Shown here one piece after another: positions 49,325-60,676 of a stretch of DNA of 64,000 nt. The position numbers and the translations under genes are program-made. The notes below the pieces were generated by a model that saw only the letters and a list, made by a program, of their open reading frames with translations, searched no databases and was not told the DNA's origin. The stretch covers positions 67,270,001 to 67,334,000 of the forward strand of contig NC_091283.1 of NCBI RefSeq assembly GCF_032444005.1, in the 5' to 3' direction. How positions within the stretch are numbered: the first letter of the stretch is position 1; each line of letters opens with the position of its first letter. Source of the stretch: Ranitomeya imitator (lineage: Eukaryota).

Positions 49325-49335
49325 GCGCTAGTGTA
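49325..49335 (-). promoter_or_regulatory. Non-tRNA self-priming-type PBS of family 1
   Basis: Minus-strand TACACTAGCGC lies 1 nt inside the 5' LTR and is complementary to GCGCTAGTGTA (minus strand 49914-49904), ~30 nt downstream of TATATAAA. Confidence 0.8.
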
Positions 49336-50469
49336 ATGTTAGGACTGGTGGAACACACCAAGAAAGATGATATAGATGCGTTCGCAGTCCGGGGTCCAAC
49401 GCGCAGGCGAAACCCGCTGCTAGTAAATGACAGACTACATGGCGGTACTAAAAGTATAAACACGCGGGTTAAACCTCACCCCACGTGAAGAAAGCGATCC
49501 TGTTAAGTCACAGGACCGCGGTACCGCACATAGAGCGCGAGCAAGTAGTCAGCGAACTTAACCCCGAAAGGGATTGAAGTCCGATTAGACCCTTGCTGGC
49601 ACAACACCGCAACTGGGTGTGAAAAGAACCTTAGCAGTAATATAAGAGCACAAGAGTGCGTGCGATGCCGCACTGACGGACGCCACTAACCACCCAGGCT
49701 TGGGTATGGAAAGCGCAAGGCAAGCGCACGGAGCCGTACTGGCAGGCACAGCTAAAGGACGCTGTGATGTGTGTAACATACAGATGGATAGTCGGGCGCT
49801 AGAGAGCTACCATCATCCGGGAGCAATCAACAACTCTAGGGAGGGATATTTAGGAGCTTTCATCCATCGACATACATCCATCTACACACACACATAATAA
49901 TTGTACACTAGCGCATGGCTGTGCGGTCATGCGCAGTTTATATAGTTGCAGGACAGGAAGTGGCCACAGAAACTTTGCCCTTCCAAGACCTGCCAAGAGG
50001 ACCAATGGAATGCGCTGCAGATCCTGAGTACATGAACCTCGATCTCCAACGGGAGATCTTGCCCTGGGCATGCTGAGTGTGCGCAAATAAGGACTTAGTC
50101 CCAGAGAAGTCCGCTCGCTGCTGACCAGCACTGACTTTAATGGCAGGAGCTGAAGAAGCAGCAGTAACTCTCTGTACAGAGCGAGACCGAGCAAGACGCT
50201 GGGACAGACGTCCCTGCTGAGCAGACTCTACTGCGGCTGGATAGGAATGGGAGACCGCAGCGGAGACGGCCCGAGATTCCCCCTGTGCAGAAGTGGGAAC
50301 TCGAGACCTAACAAACCGCACCTTATATAGCCAGGGTCCTACAGGACACTATTTAGGACGCACGTCACAACCAGGGAGTTCATCCCGGAAGAAAGTCCAT
50401 ACCAAGTGGTAGAAAAGACAGCACCTAAAACGTTGGTGAAAATAAAAATCACATTTTAATCCGCCTCCT

Positions 50470-50510
50470 GTGGCAACGTTTCGATCCAACATATCTTTCT
50501 CAAGCAGTTT
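50470..50510 (-). ncRNA. Hammerhead-like motif with variant core UUGAGAAA
   Basis: UGC-UUGAGAAA-GAU-AUGUUGG-AUC-GAAA-CG-UU-GCCA. Same core as 34338-34378 with a different, still paired stem II. Confidence 0.45.
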
Positions 50511-50661
50511 CTGAGTGCTGTCTGATTTTTATTTTCTAGGACCCAGAAACTCGCATTGGCGATTTTGATCGGCGTCTCAGTTGAATATTGAATAAGTTTC
50601 AATGATTTTAATTTTCAAAACACCCAAACTTTTGAAAAGCCCCATAGACCATCAAAGGTTT

Positions 50662-50701
50662 GGACCCGTTGAAGTGCTGAGGCACGAAACGGCCGTTGTC
50701 C
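50662..50701 (+). ncRNA. Degenerate minimal type I hammerhead-like motif
   Basis: GGAC-CCGUUGAA-GUGC-UGAG-GCAC-GAAA-CGGCCG-UU-GUCC. Perfect stems I and II and a palindromic stem III; two core substitutions relative to CUGAUGA. Confidence 0.55.
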
Positions 50702-52083
50702 GTTTTTTTCACATCCCTCCCTGCACGTTTTGTATTATGTCCGAATAAACATTTGTGACTATCATATACGGGTAAGTGCACTTCTTTTCTACCCCTTTTT
50801 TTTGGACCATCATAGGTACGATTTCAATCTTTGATAAACGTAGACTGAAGTCTTCATGAGCTCTGTTATGATTGCCATGATGGAATTTTAGAGATTAGGA
50901 AAGATATTCTGCTTTTTTTTTTACCAAACACAGAGCAATTATTAACCATTTTGGCCGAGTTGGTTGTTCCTTCTCAACCCTTTTCAAGAATTGAAAAAAG
51001 TGTCCCCTTCTTCATAACGCAGATAGTTATTTTTTAGGGTATGACCACACAATATGCAGATCTTCTGCTTTAGGACTGGCAAATCCACATCAACATCTGC
51101 ATCTTTCACATGGATTATTCCCAACATCACACACTGTTTACATTACATTGGGGAAAGTATTTTGTGAAAATTAGCAACAGTTTTGCATATATATTCTACA
51201 CAGATGTCGGGAGCTCTGGAAATAGGAATTAATCAAACATTGTTTTTTAGCTTGATCATATTGTGGATGTCATGTTAATTTGTGCCAGTCTCATGCATCG
51301 TTATAACCAGAGCAGTAAACCTCTCTTACCTCTTTCTCTTAAGTCGAGTACTGGAACAAAAGGCAACTGCATTTATGTAGTGATGGATGATTTATACCAG
51401 CAGAATACCATTCTAGGCCATGTATTGGCATGTGGATGGTGCTTCATTTTTTCCATCTTGTCTGTCCACTTGTTTCCAAACTAGACAGAGTTATAGGGAG
51501 GATTTCCTTCATTCAGGTCACAGATCTAGTTTTGCTGACCCATGTAATTGTCAAGCGATATTTGGATTTAAGCACCTCGATTCAATTCAATTGATATTGG
51601 AAGATCTCTCTACTAAGGAGATATATGTTAACTTATAGTATTTGGAGACCTATAATTGTAATTCATCTCTACCTACAACTAATTGCAAAGTGAGCAATGT
51701 GTTTTACAATTGGGTTGCAATGCTGAAATCTTCGGTCTTGCATTTGGACATTACGAGGAAAATTTGTGATTGTGCTCTCCATAGCATTTCCACTTCAGAT
51801 ATAGTGATGACCACAATTGTGAAAACATTGGCGGCTTCCTGCCTGAAAAAGTATCATGGATCTACCACCAATATTATCTTCTGGCACGTCATATCAGATA
51901 AAATAGGGACTACCAGTAAAAAGAGTACATATTTCTCAGCTTGGCCTTATCAGGACGTCGCTGTGGTTTAGAATGTTTGGAAATTCCAACATTTTAAATA
52001 TTTACTCATTGTGAAAGCAAAAAGATAACAGAGCCACATCACACATCATACTTAGCTGCTTTTAAGCCTGATTTATTAGTTAT

Positions 52084-54200
52084 TAGCGATGAGCGAGCAC
52101 TAAAATGCTTGAATGCTCGGCACTCGAATCAAGAAGGTTGAATACACAGACGGGCTCGATTCGAGTAATGAGAATAATGGAAGTCAACGGGAAATTGCTG
52201 AAATGGATGGAAACAATGCTCAAATGTAATGGAAACAGCATGTGGAAGATGCCTGGATGCATCTCTGAATCCCAGGTCGCTTCTGGAAACAATGTTGTTA
52301 GAGTATTACGTCACTTTTACGGAGTGCCAATTAAACATCCAAAACTGAAGATTAAATGGATTTGATAGGAAAAAATGTTTAAAAAACATTGTTTATTATA
52401 ATGACAGGTATATAAGGCAAAATTAAAAAGAGAAAAAAAATGCCTTCTCCAGGCCTTAAGCTATGTTCATGGGTAGCATTTTTTCTGTGTTGTACCTTCT
52501 CATTGCTTTGAATGGTGTAAAAATGACCAGGGATGCTACATGTCCCTGATGGCACACTGGCTAAACCTTGTGGAGGCCATAACTGAGTCGGACACTGGGA
52601 AGGCGCACGTGCTACCGATGCCAAGGATTGCATGCCCTGGATCCATCAGGGTTTTCCCCATCTCCTCCACCAGTTCCACACCCTTCTCCTCCTAATCCTC
52701 CATCTCTGAATTTTCATTCAGAGCACGTAGTCCATATCAGTCGCAAGCTGAAAGCACTGCAGCACTGCCTCAGTGAAGCAGCAACAGGCTCTGCTGAAAG
52801 TAATTTGTTTAGGTGACAAACAGCACAACACCACACAGTTGTTAAATGTATAACACAGCAGACAAAGCTGTGAGTTTTGCTGCTGAACCTACAACCAGGC
52901 ATGGTCATATGTGATAATGGCCATAACCTGGTGGTGGCTCTGAAATTTGGTAAGCTCACACATGTACCATGCTTGGACCACATGCTCATCTTAGTGGTTC
53001 AGTGGTTTCTGATAATCTATTAAGATTTGCCTGAGCTACTTGTGAAGATAAGTCGTGTGTGCACCCATTTTTAAAAAAATTTACAGCTGCCGCCAGTCTT
53101 GCAGTGCTGCAGTAGCGCTTTCAAGTGCCAGGTCACCGACTAGTGTGTAACGTGACCACATGCTTCAACATCACATTACACATGTTGGCAAGACTTTGTG
53201 AGCAGCAGAGGGCAGTAGTTAAATACCAGCTACAACATGTCCATCTGTATTCTGTCAGCCTCCATGCAGAACAACTTACGAGAGTGTGCATGTATGTCTG
53301 AAATTTGTGAAGTTCTCCAAAAGCTTTGAGGAATCAAATTAGATAGTGAATGGTGATGACGCCATAATCTGAATAATCATCCCTTCTCTGTGTTTACTCA
53401 AAAGCTTGCTGCTCACAATTTAAGAGGATGCTTTGCATGTGGTTAAAGTGGAGATTAAGGAAGAGAGTACACATTGTAATTGTACACAATAAGGGGAGAA
53501 GGGGATGAAGAGAGGTATCAGTCCTCTCCTGCTTCAACAACCGGTCATACATGATGTTATAGTCCCTGAGCAAGTTGTGGACCAGCTAACATCGTGCTGC
53601 ATGGACATCTTCTCCTAGTTCATGACCAGATGTTTTCTGGCCAGCCACAAAGTATCCTTAACAGAGTTGATAAGGAGCCAGTCCTCCTGAATAGCCCGTT
53701 ATGGTATGTTCCCCGGGAAATAGTCCGTAAAGCACTGAAGTGTGCTTTAACTTTCTTCTGGGGACAAAGAAACCTAGCTTCCTGTTCCACTTTGCAGGGT
53801 GGCACAGGACACCACACGAGAAGCCAAAACAGTGCGGACAGGTTGTTTGGTTGGATGGCAGATAATGCTTCCAGTGTGTTTCCCACCACTACACTGTTTT
53901 TCACACAGTCCAGTCTCTCTAATCAAGCGCCTGGACAACATAATTCTCACCCTGATTCTCCTTCCTCCCACCTTGAAGTAATCCACAATCGGAATATTCC
54001 GAGGAGATTTTTACATTTCCATTTATTGATTGTGGCCTCTCACCCTGCACATTTCAATAGAGATATGAGGAGATTGTGTAAAATAAAGCCCAAATATTTC
54101 AGCAGCCATGGTCAGAAGAAGACAATGCTGGAGAATGGCAATTACTGTCTCTAGAGGTAGATGATGATGAGACACAGTTGCTAACAAGTGATGTTGTTAA
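52084..54200 (+). mobile_element. Decayed hAT transposon (left terminus plus transposase remnant)
   Basis: Terminus TAGCGATGAGCGAG at 52084. VICDNGHNLVVAL..HVPCLDHMLILVVQ at ~52900-53010 corresponds to the DNG and CxxH motifs. HRLVCNVTTCFNITLHML at ~53135-53190 corresponds to RWNST. Many stops. Right end not found. Confidence 0.8.
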
Positions 54201-55833
54201 ATCAACAAGTCAGGAGGATTACAGTGTGGAAGGGTAAGATGAGGTGATTGACCATGAAGTTAACCTGGGAAGGGTGGCATGCAGAGCGAGGCCAGCAGTG
54301 CAGAGGGGGAGAGATCCGCAGCACCACAACAGGCAGGAAGTGGTAGTGGGGTAGCCAGAGAGAGAAGGATTGCAACTGTTCCCCAGAGCACCCAAATGCA
54401 GCAAGTTCCCCAGTCAAGTGACAGGTGTTCCTTGTTTTTATGGTGTATTCTCATGTACCTCTTTCCACCTCTTTCCTTGTCCTCCTCCACCATATCAGCA
54501 GGGTAATGATGCAGCCCTGGCTCCAAATTTTTAGAGGGTCAAAAGGCCCTTGCTAAAAATTGTTACATCTGGCTCATGACTCTCTTTCATAGCTGAATGT
54601 GGCTCTCAAGGTCAGAAAGGTTGGTAACCTCTGCTATAAAAGGACTGTATGCCTCTAATCCAAAACTACACCACCTCCAGCAGCTATTCCTACACTGAAT
54701 GCAGGTAACAGCACTATTAATAGGGAAAATATTAGATGTAGCCCTAAAAGGACTGTTGTTTTTAGGTTGCAGCATCAGTACACCCATAGAAAGACTGTAA
54801 AGCAATAAACCCTGCCTACATGCTTCGAATATAAAACTAGCACTTCTTCAGCAACCCTGCACTGTGTTTGAGTATCTTGAGTACTGAGTTGTAATGGACT
54901 ATGAGAATGCAGGGCATAATGATGCAACCATATCCTGGAAAAAAAAGCTGAACAACAAGGATGTTAATTTCTGTAGCCAGCAGTGTGCAGGAGAAGGTGC
55001 TGTTGTAGTGATAATGCCAGCGTCCTTGTATAGCTCTCCTCATACTCATCACCCCGGCTTCACATCATGGTCCTTGGCATGCTGCTTGCTTCCTCCGGTC
55101 TGTGCAGGCCGCATATCAAGGCAGCATGCCTAATGTGTGCACACTCCCCTGTTCTAAAAGGGGTAATGTCACTTCCAAAAATACCCTCAGTTTATAGCTG
55201 GGAGACATCTAGTATAAAAGGCACCTACCAAAACTGTGAGGTGCCTAAGCAATGTGGACCCATTAGTGAGTTTTTTATGCAGCTATTGTGTTGCCAGGTC
55301 CAAGTCCTAGTACCTGAGTCCCTTGGTCCTCGGGTGGCCAAGGTGTGAACCCGAACCCCTGGTCCTTGTGTTGCCAGACCCTGAACCCGAACCCCTGGTC
55401 CTTGTGTGGCTGTATACAAACCATTCCATCAGTACTAGAACCTGTCAAAGACTGTTCCAAGATCCAAATTTAGCCCTGTCTGTGAATATTTCATTATCCA
55501 TTCTGTTTGAGGATCCAGATCCCGTGCAGTCTGAAGAGAATTCATATCCTGTCTCATCCAGATATCATCATGTCAGCGTACGTGGTTCTTGGGGTCAGTA
55601 GCCGCAGTACCGAGGACTGCCTAGGAGTGGTACCTGCAGATAAAGCCTGACTCAACCATCAGTAGATCCAGTGAACACCATGCCCCTTCCACGGTAAGCC
55701 CGGACCTGTGGCACAGATGATCCACAAACCATGTGTGCCACCTGTGGGCGTGACAGCCATTATCAGTGTACGCTGTTGTAAGTGCAGTGCCACAACACTG
55801 CTAGGAATAAACTTCTAGGAGGGTACTCTAAGG

Positions 55834-56013
55834 CAGTGTTCCCCAACTCCACTCCTCTAGAGCCACCAATAGGTCATGTTTTCAGGATTTCCTTAGTCAG
55901 GTGATGGAATTATTGTCTATGCAGGTACTATAATTATTACCTGGGAAATGCTAAGGAAATCCTGAAAACATGACCTGTTGATGGCTCTAGAGGAGTGGAG
56001 TTGGGGAACATTA
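55834..56013. mobile_element. hAT-type MITE (180 bp) with long TIRs
   Basis: ~60-bp inverted arms CAGTGTTCCCCAACTCC...GGAGTTGGGGAACATTA. 8-bp flanks CTCTAAGG and CTCCAAGG (7 of 8 match). Confidence 0.8.
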
Positions 56014-56578
56014 CTCCAAGGCAATGATTGGCGTTAGAAGTGGAATGTGCATTGAAACAGCATGGGGTGTCTTACAGAGCTCCTGTGGCCTGTGAGAAAA
56101 TAGTTCTAAGCTTGTCTTCTAAGGAATCAAAGGTATGAAGGAAATTTTGGTGCAAATGATAGAATTGTCTCAACCATTTTAATAGAACATTGAACTTTTT
56201 GCTATTAAAAGGAGCAAAACAAGTTAAAGACAAAACTGAAGAGCATTTTTTATTTCATGCATAAATCATTGACCATTGCACGATTTTGCAGAATTTGGAG
56301 CAAAAAAAGCCAACTGAAATCACAGGACAAAAAAAATGAGCGACGTAAAAAATGCAAATGATGGATTCGGCCTCAAGTTGTTACTTCCTGACCCATCTGC
56401 TGATAATTCTGTGCTTTAAGTGAAGTGTGAAAAAGAAGTAGGCGTTGGTTGGATGGATTGAGATGTAATAAGTTGTGAAATAAGAATATTTTGTAAGGAT
56501 GTTTTTTAGATTAATTACATGTCAAAGGAAAAATTCGGTGGAAAAGAAAGTATGTTTCTAAAGGACATGAAAATAACG

Positions 56579-58220
56579 GTTCTAGGATGTTTCACCCCCA
56601 GCAGTTCGCCACCAGCAGTTCACCCCCAGCAGTTCGCCCCTGGGTACATTTTGTTCCCGCACATTTCGCCCCCAGCATTTGGCCCCAGGATGTTTCGCCC
56701 CCGCACATTTCACCCGCAGCAGTTCGCCCCAACAGTTCACGCACAGCAGTTCGCCCCCTGCAGTTCGCCCCTGGGTACATTTCGTCCCCCGCACACTTCG
56801 TCCCCAGCATTTGGCCCCCAGGATGTTTCGCCCCGGCATATTTCACCCCTGCACATTTTATCCCCAGCATTTGGACCCGGCAGTTCGCCCCTGGCAGTTC
56901 GCCCCAGATGTTTAAACCCTTGTTCATGAATTCCTGTCCGTCATCAATGTTTCCCCACCATTTGGCCCCCAGATGTTTCTCCCCCGGCAGTTCGCCCCCG
57001 GATGTTTGTACCCTTGTGGTTCATGAATTCCTGTCCGTCATCAATGTTTCACCCCCAGCAGAACACCCCCGGCAGTTCACCCCCGGATGTTTGTACCCTT
57101 GCGGTTCATGAATTCCCATCCGTCATCAATGTTTCGCCCCCAGCAGTTCGCCCCCGGATGTTTGTACCCTTGTGGTTTATGAATTCCCGTCTATCACCAA
57201 TATTTTGCCCCCAGTAGTTCGTCCCCGGCAGTTTGCCACCGGATATTTGTACCCTTGTGGTTCATGAATTCCCGTCCATCATCAATATTTCGCCCCCAGC
57301 AGTTCGCCCCCGGCAGTTCGCCTTCAGATGTTTGTACCTTTGTGATTCATGAATTCCTGTCCGTCATCAATGTTTCGCCCCCAGAAGTTTGCCCCCGGTA
57401 GTTCGCCCCGGATTTTTGTACCCTTGTGGTTCATGAATTTCCATCCATCATCAATATTTTGCCCCCAGCAGTTCGCCCCAGATGTTTGCACCCTTGTGGT
57501 TCATAAATTCCTGACCGTCATCAATGTTTCGCCCCCAGCAGTTCACCCCCGGATGCTTGTACCCTTGTGGTTCATGAATTCCCGTCCATCATCAATGTTT
57601 TGCCCCCAGCAGTTTGCCCCCGGCAGTTCGCCAACAGATGCTTGTACCCTTGTGGTTCATGAATTCCCGTCCATCCTCAATATTTCACCCCCAGCAGTTC
57701 GCCCCCGGCAGTTCGCCCCCAGATGTTTGACCCCAGATGTTTGTACCCTTGTGGTTCATGAATTCCCATCCATCATCAATATTTTGTCCCCAGCAGTTCG
57801 CCCCAGATGTTTGTACCCTTGTGGTTCATGAATTCCTGTCCATCATCAATGTTTCGCCCCAGAAGTTTGCCCCAGGAAGTTCGCCCCCGGATGTTTGTAC
57901 CCTTGTGGTTCATGAATTCTCATCCATCATCAATGTTTCGCCACCAGCAGTGCGCCCCCGGCAGTTCGCCCCCGGATGTTTGTACCCTTGTGGTTCATGA
58001 ATTCCCATCCGCCATCAATGTTTTGCCCCCAGCAGTTCGCTCCCGGATGTTTCACCCCCAAATGTTTCTCCTACAGCGTTTTGTCCCTGGATGTGTCGCC
58101 ATCTGATGTTTCGCACATAACATTTTGACCCCAGATGTTTCACCCTCAACTTTTGGGGTCAACATGCAGTGATCAAAACATCTAGGGCTGAACATACCTG
58201 GGGGTAAAATATACAGGACC
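56579..58220. repeat. GC-rich hierarchical tandem array (CAGCAGTTCGCCCC short motif within ~70-100 bp units)
   Basis: Repeating GGATGTTTGTACCCTTGTGGTTCATGAATTCC..CATCAATGTTTCGCCCCCAGCAGTTCGCCCC units. The ends are imperfectly inverted. Confidence 0.85.
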
Positions 58221-58951
58221 CCAATTGCTGGGGATTCCTGTGGCTGTCTTTTCAGCAGCTCACCCAGTCTCTCTTCTGGCTGGCCTTAAAGGAGAAGTAT
58301 CACCCTAGAACAAAAAAAACCTGACATACTTACCTGTCGCAGCTGCAGCTCCTTGGGTCATGGAGTACAGTCTAGCAGTTCCCCAAGATGTCTTCCCTTG
58401 CTTCTGGCTGTCTTTTCATCTTCCCTGGATCACTGATCCACGAAGCATGATGAATGCCGGAGCAGTGAGGCCGAATGTCTCCAGGCAGCTCACTGACATT
58501 GTTAGGGCTAGCGGAACGCACCGAGTAAATAGAGATGTTTATTGATATTGGTGCGTTCGCAGCCCGGGGTCCACCGTGCAGGAGTACCTGCTGCTAGCAA
58601 ACGGCGGAGCTATATGGCGGTATAGACTAACTCAGTTAATTCACTGAGTAGCCGTGAAAGGAAAGCACTGTGCCCTGTTAGACTCCACAGAGGCACAGGC
58701 TAACTGCCCAAACAGAGAGCAGTCAGTGGTCACACAAACACACAAAACTCCTCGCCGGAGGAGCCAGCATTCTAGGGGCTTATTTCAGCCGGGTCCCTGA
58801 ATACACTCAGACTCAATCTCCTCGCCGGAGGAGCCAGCATTCTAGGGGCTTATTTCAGCCGGGTCCCTGAACACACATACATGTGACCACACTGGCGCAA
58901 AGCACATAACATAAGACAATACTAGCGCATGGCCGTGCGGTCATGCGCAGT

Positions 58952-60643
58952 TTATATAGTTGCAGCACAGGAAGCTGCTACTGAAGTTTTTGCCCTTTCA
59001 GGACCTTCCAGAAGGACCAATGGAAAGTGCTGCAGTACCTGAGCATGTTTTGCCCTTTCAGGACCTTCCAGAAGGACCAATGGAATGTACTGCAGCACCT
59101 GAGCATGTGACCGAACATGTGGCCCTCGACCTCCAATGGGAGACCCTGCCCTGGGCATGCTCAGTGTGAGTAAACAAGGACTTAGTCCCAGAGAGGCTCG
59201 CTCGCCGCAGATCAGTGCAGGGTACCATAGGAAAGCCAGAAAAGGCAGTAGTGACCCTATGCACCGAATCAGCCCCAGCGAGATGCTGGGAGCGACGTCT
59301 CCGCTGAGCAGAGCCCACTGCGGCCGATACCGAATGGGAGACCGCAGCAGACACGGATCGAGATTCCCCCTGTGCAGCAGAGGAAACTCGACTCCTAACA
59401 TTACCCCCCCTCCTAGGGCCCCTCCCTCCTTGAGCTTCACTATGCTCAAAAGCTGCGATAAGCAGCGGAGCCCGAATGTGCTCCACAGGCTCCCAGGTTC
59501 TATCCTCTGGGCCGTGACCCTTCCAGTCCACCAGATAAAATTTCTTGCCACGTACCACCTGCACCCCACAATAGCATTCACCTCAAACTCATCCGTGGAT
59601 GAACCCGATGTCCCAGCAGATGACTCGGAAAAGCGGGACAAATGAACGGGCTTTAAGAGGGAAACGTAGAAAGTATCGGTGATACCAAGGCGTGGAGGAA
59701 TAGCCAAACGGTAGACCACAGGGTTGACCTGTTCCAGAACCTTAAACGGGCCAATGTAGCAAGGAGCAAACTTAGTGGACTCAACTCGCAGCCTGATGTT
59801 ACGGGCGGAGAACCACACTAAGTCGCCAGGAGCAAAGACCGGAGCGGGGCGCCGGTGTGTATCAGCCGAAACCCTCATTCTCTCCTTGGAGGCCCGGATG
59901 GCATCCTGTGTGCGGTCCCAGATGTCAAGTGCCTCCACCGCCCAGTCTGCCACCCTAGAATCGGTGGATGACACGGGCATGGGCACAGGGACACGCGGAT
60001 GCTGGCCGTAATTGAGGAGAAAAGGAGTTTGACCAGTGGAATCGGCTACGGCGTTGTTCAGGGCAAATTCCGCCCAAGGTAGCAAAGATGCCCAGTCATC
60101 CTGCCTAGCAAAGACGAAATGTCGCAAATATGTCACCAGAGTCTGGTTGGTTCTCTCCACCAACCCATTCGTCTCGGGATGGTATGCAGAGGAGAGGTTT
60201 AACTCTATGCTGAGTAAATGGCAGAGCTCTCTCCAAAACCGAGATGCGAACTGGGGACCCCGATCGCTGACAATCTTATCAGGCAAACCATGCAATCGGA
60301 AAACATGTTTAATGAACAACACCGCCAAGGCCCGTGCTGAGGGTAACCGAGGAAGCGGCACCAAATGCACCATCTTGGAGAAATGGTCGGTGACAACCCA
60401 AATAATGGAGCAGCCACGCGACTTGGGTAGACCCACCACAAAGTCCATCCCGACCATCTCCCAGGGCCTGTCTGCCACCGGTAGAGGGTAAAGCAACCCA
60501 GCAGGCCGTTGCCGAGGAGACCGATTCTGGGCGCAAAAAACGCATGCCTGAATATAGTCCTTGACATCTCGGGCCATATGCGGCCACCAGTATGTTCTCA
60601 CCAGAAGCTCAGATGTCCTCTTGGTCCCAAAATGCCCACCCAC
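58952..60643 (-). pseudogene. pol: Integrase, with the chromodomain split by a second frameshift (~59560)
   Basis: GHFG..C..C, VGMDFV, VSDRGPQF, ETNGLVERTN and YIGPF. The chromodomain continues in another frame as VVRGKKFYLVDWKGHGPEDRTWEP. Confidence 0.9.
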
Positions 60644-60676
60644 TCTGAAGGAGTGAGCCCAAGAGAGAACCTCCGG

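Larger units (their letters stand above)
44222..50313 (-). mobile_element. Complete Ty3/Gypsy chromovirus, family 1
   Basis: 977-bp LTRs at 44222-45198 and 49337-50313 (roughly 20 differences by eye). 5-bp TSD AACCG at 44217-44221 and 50314-50318. PPT beside 45199. Confidence 0.97.

Noticed and set aside
51263-51971. Short ORFs as host exons
   Set aside because: No recognisable domain, stops in alternative frames, and no consistent splice pattern.
55571-55755. TGTCA...TGACA segment as a short solo LTR
   Set aside because: The flanks (CATCA and GCCAT) do not form a TSD and there is no homologue in the window.
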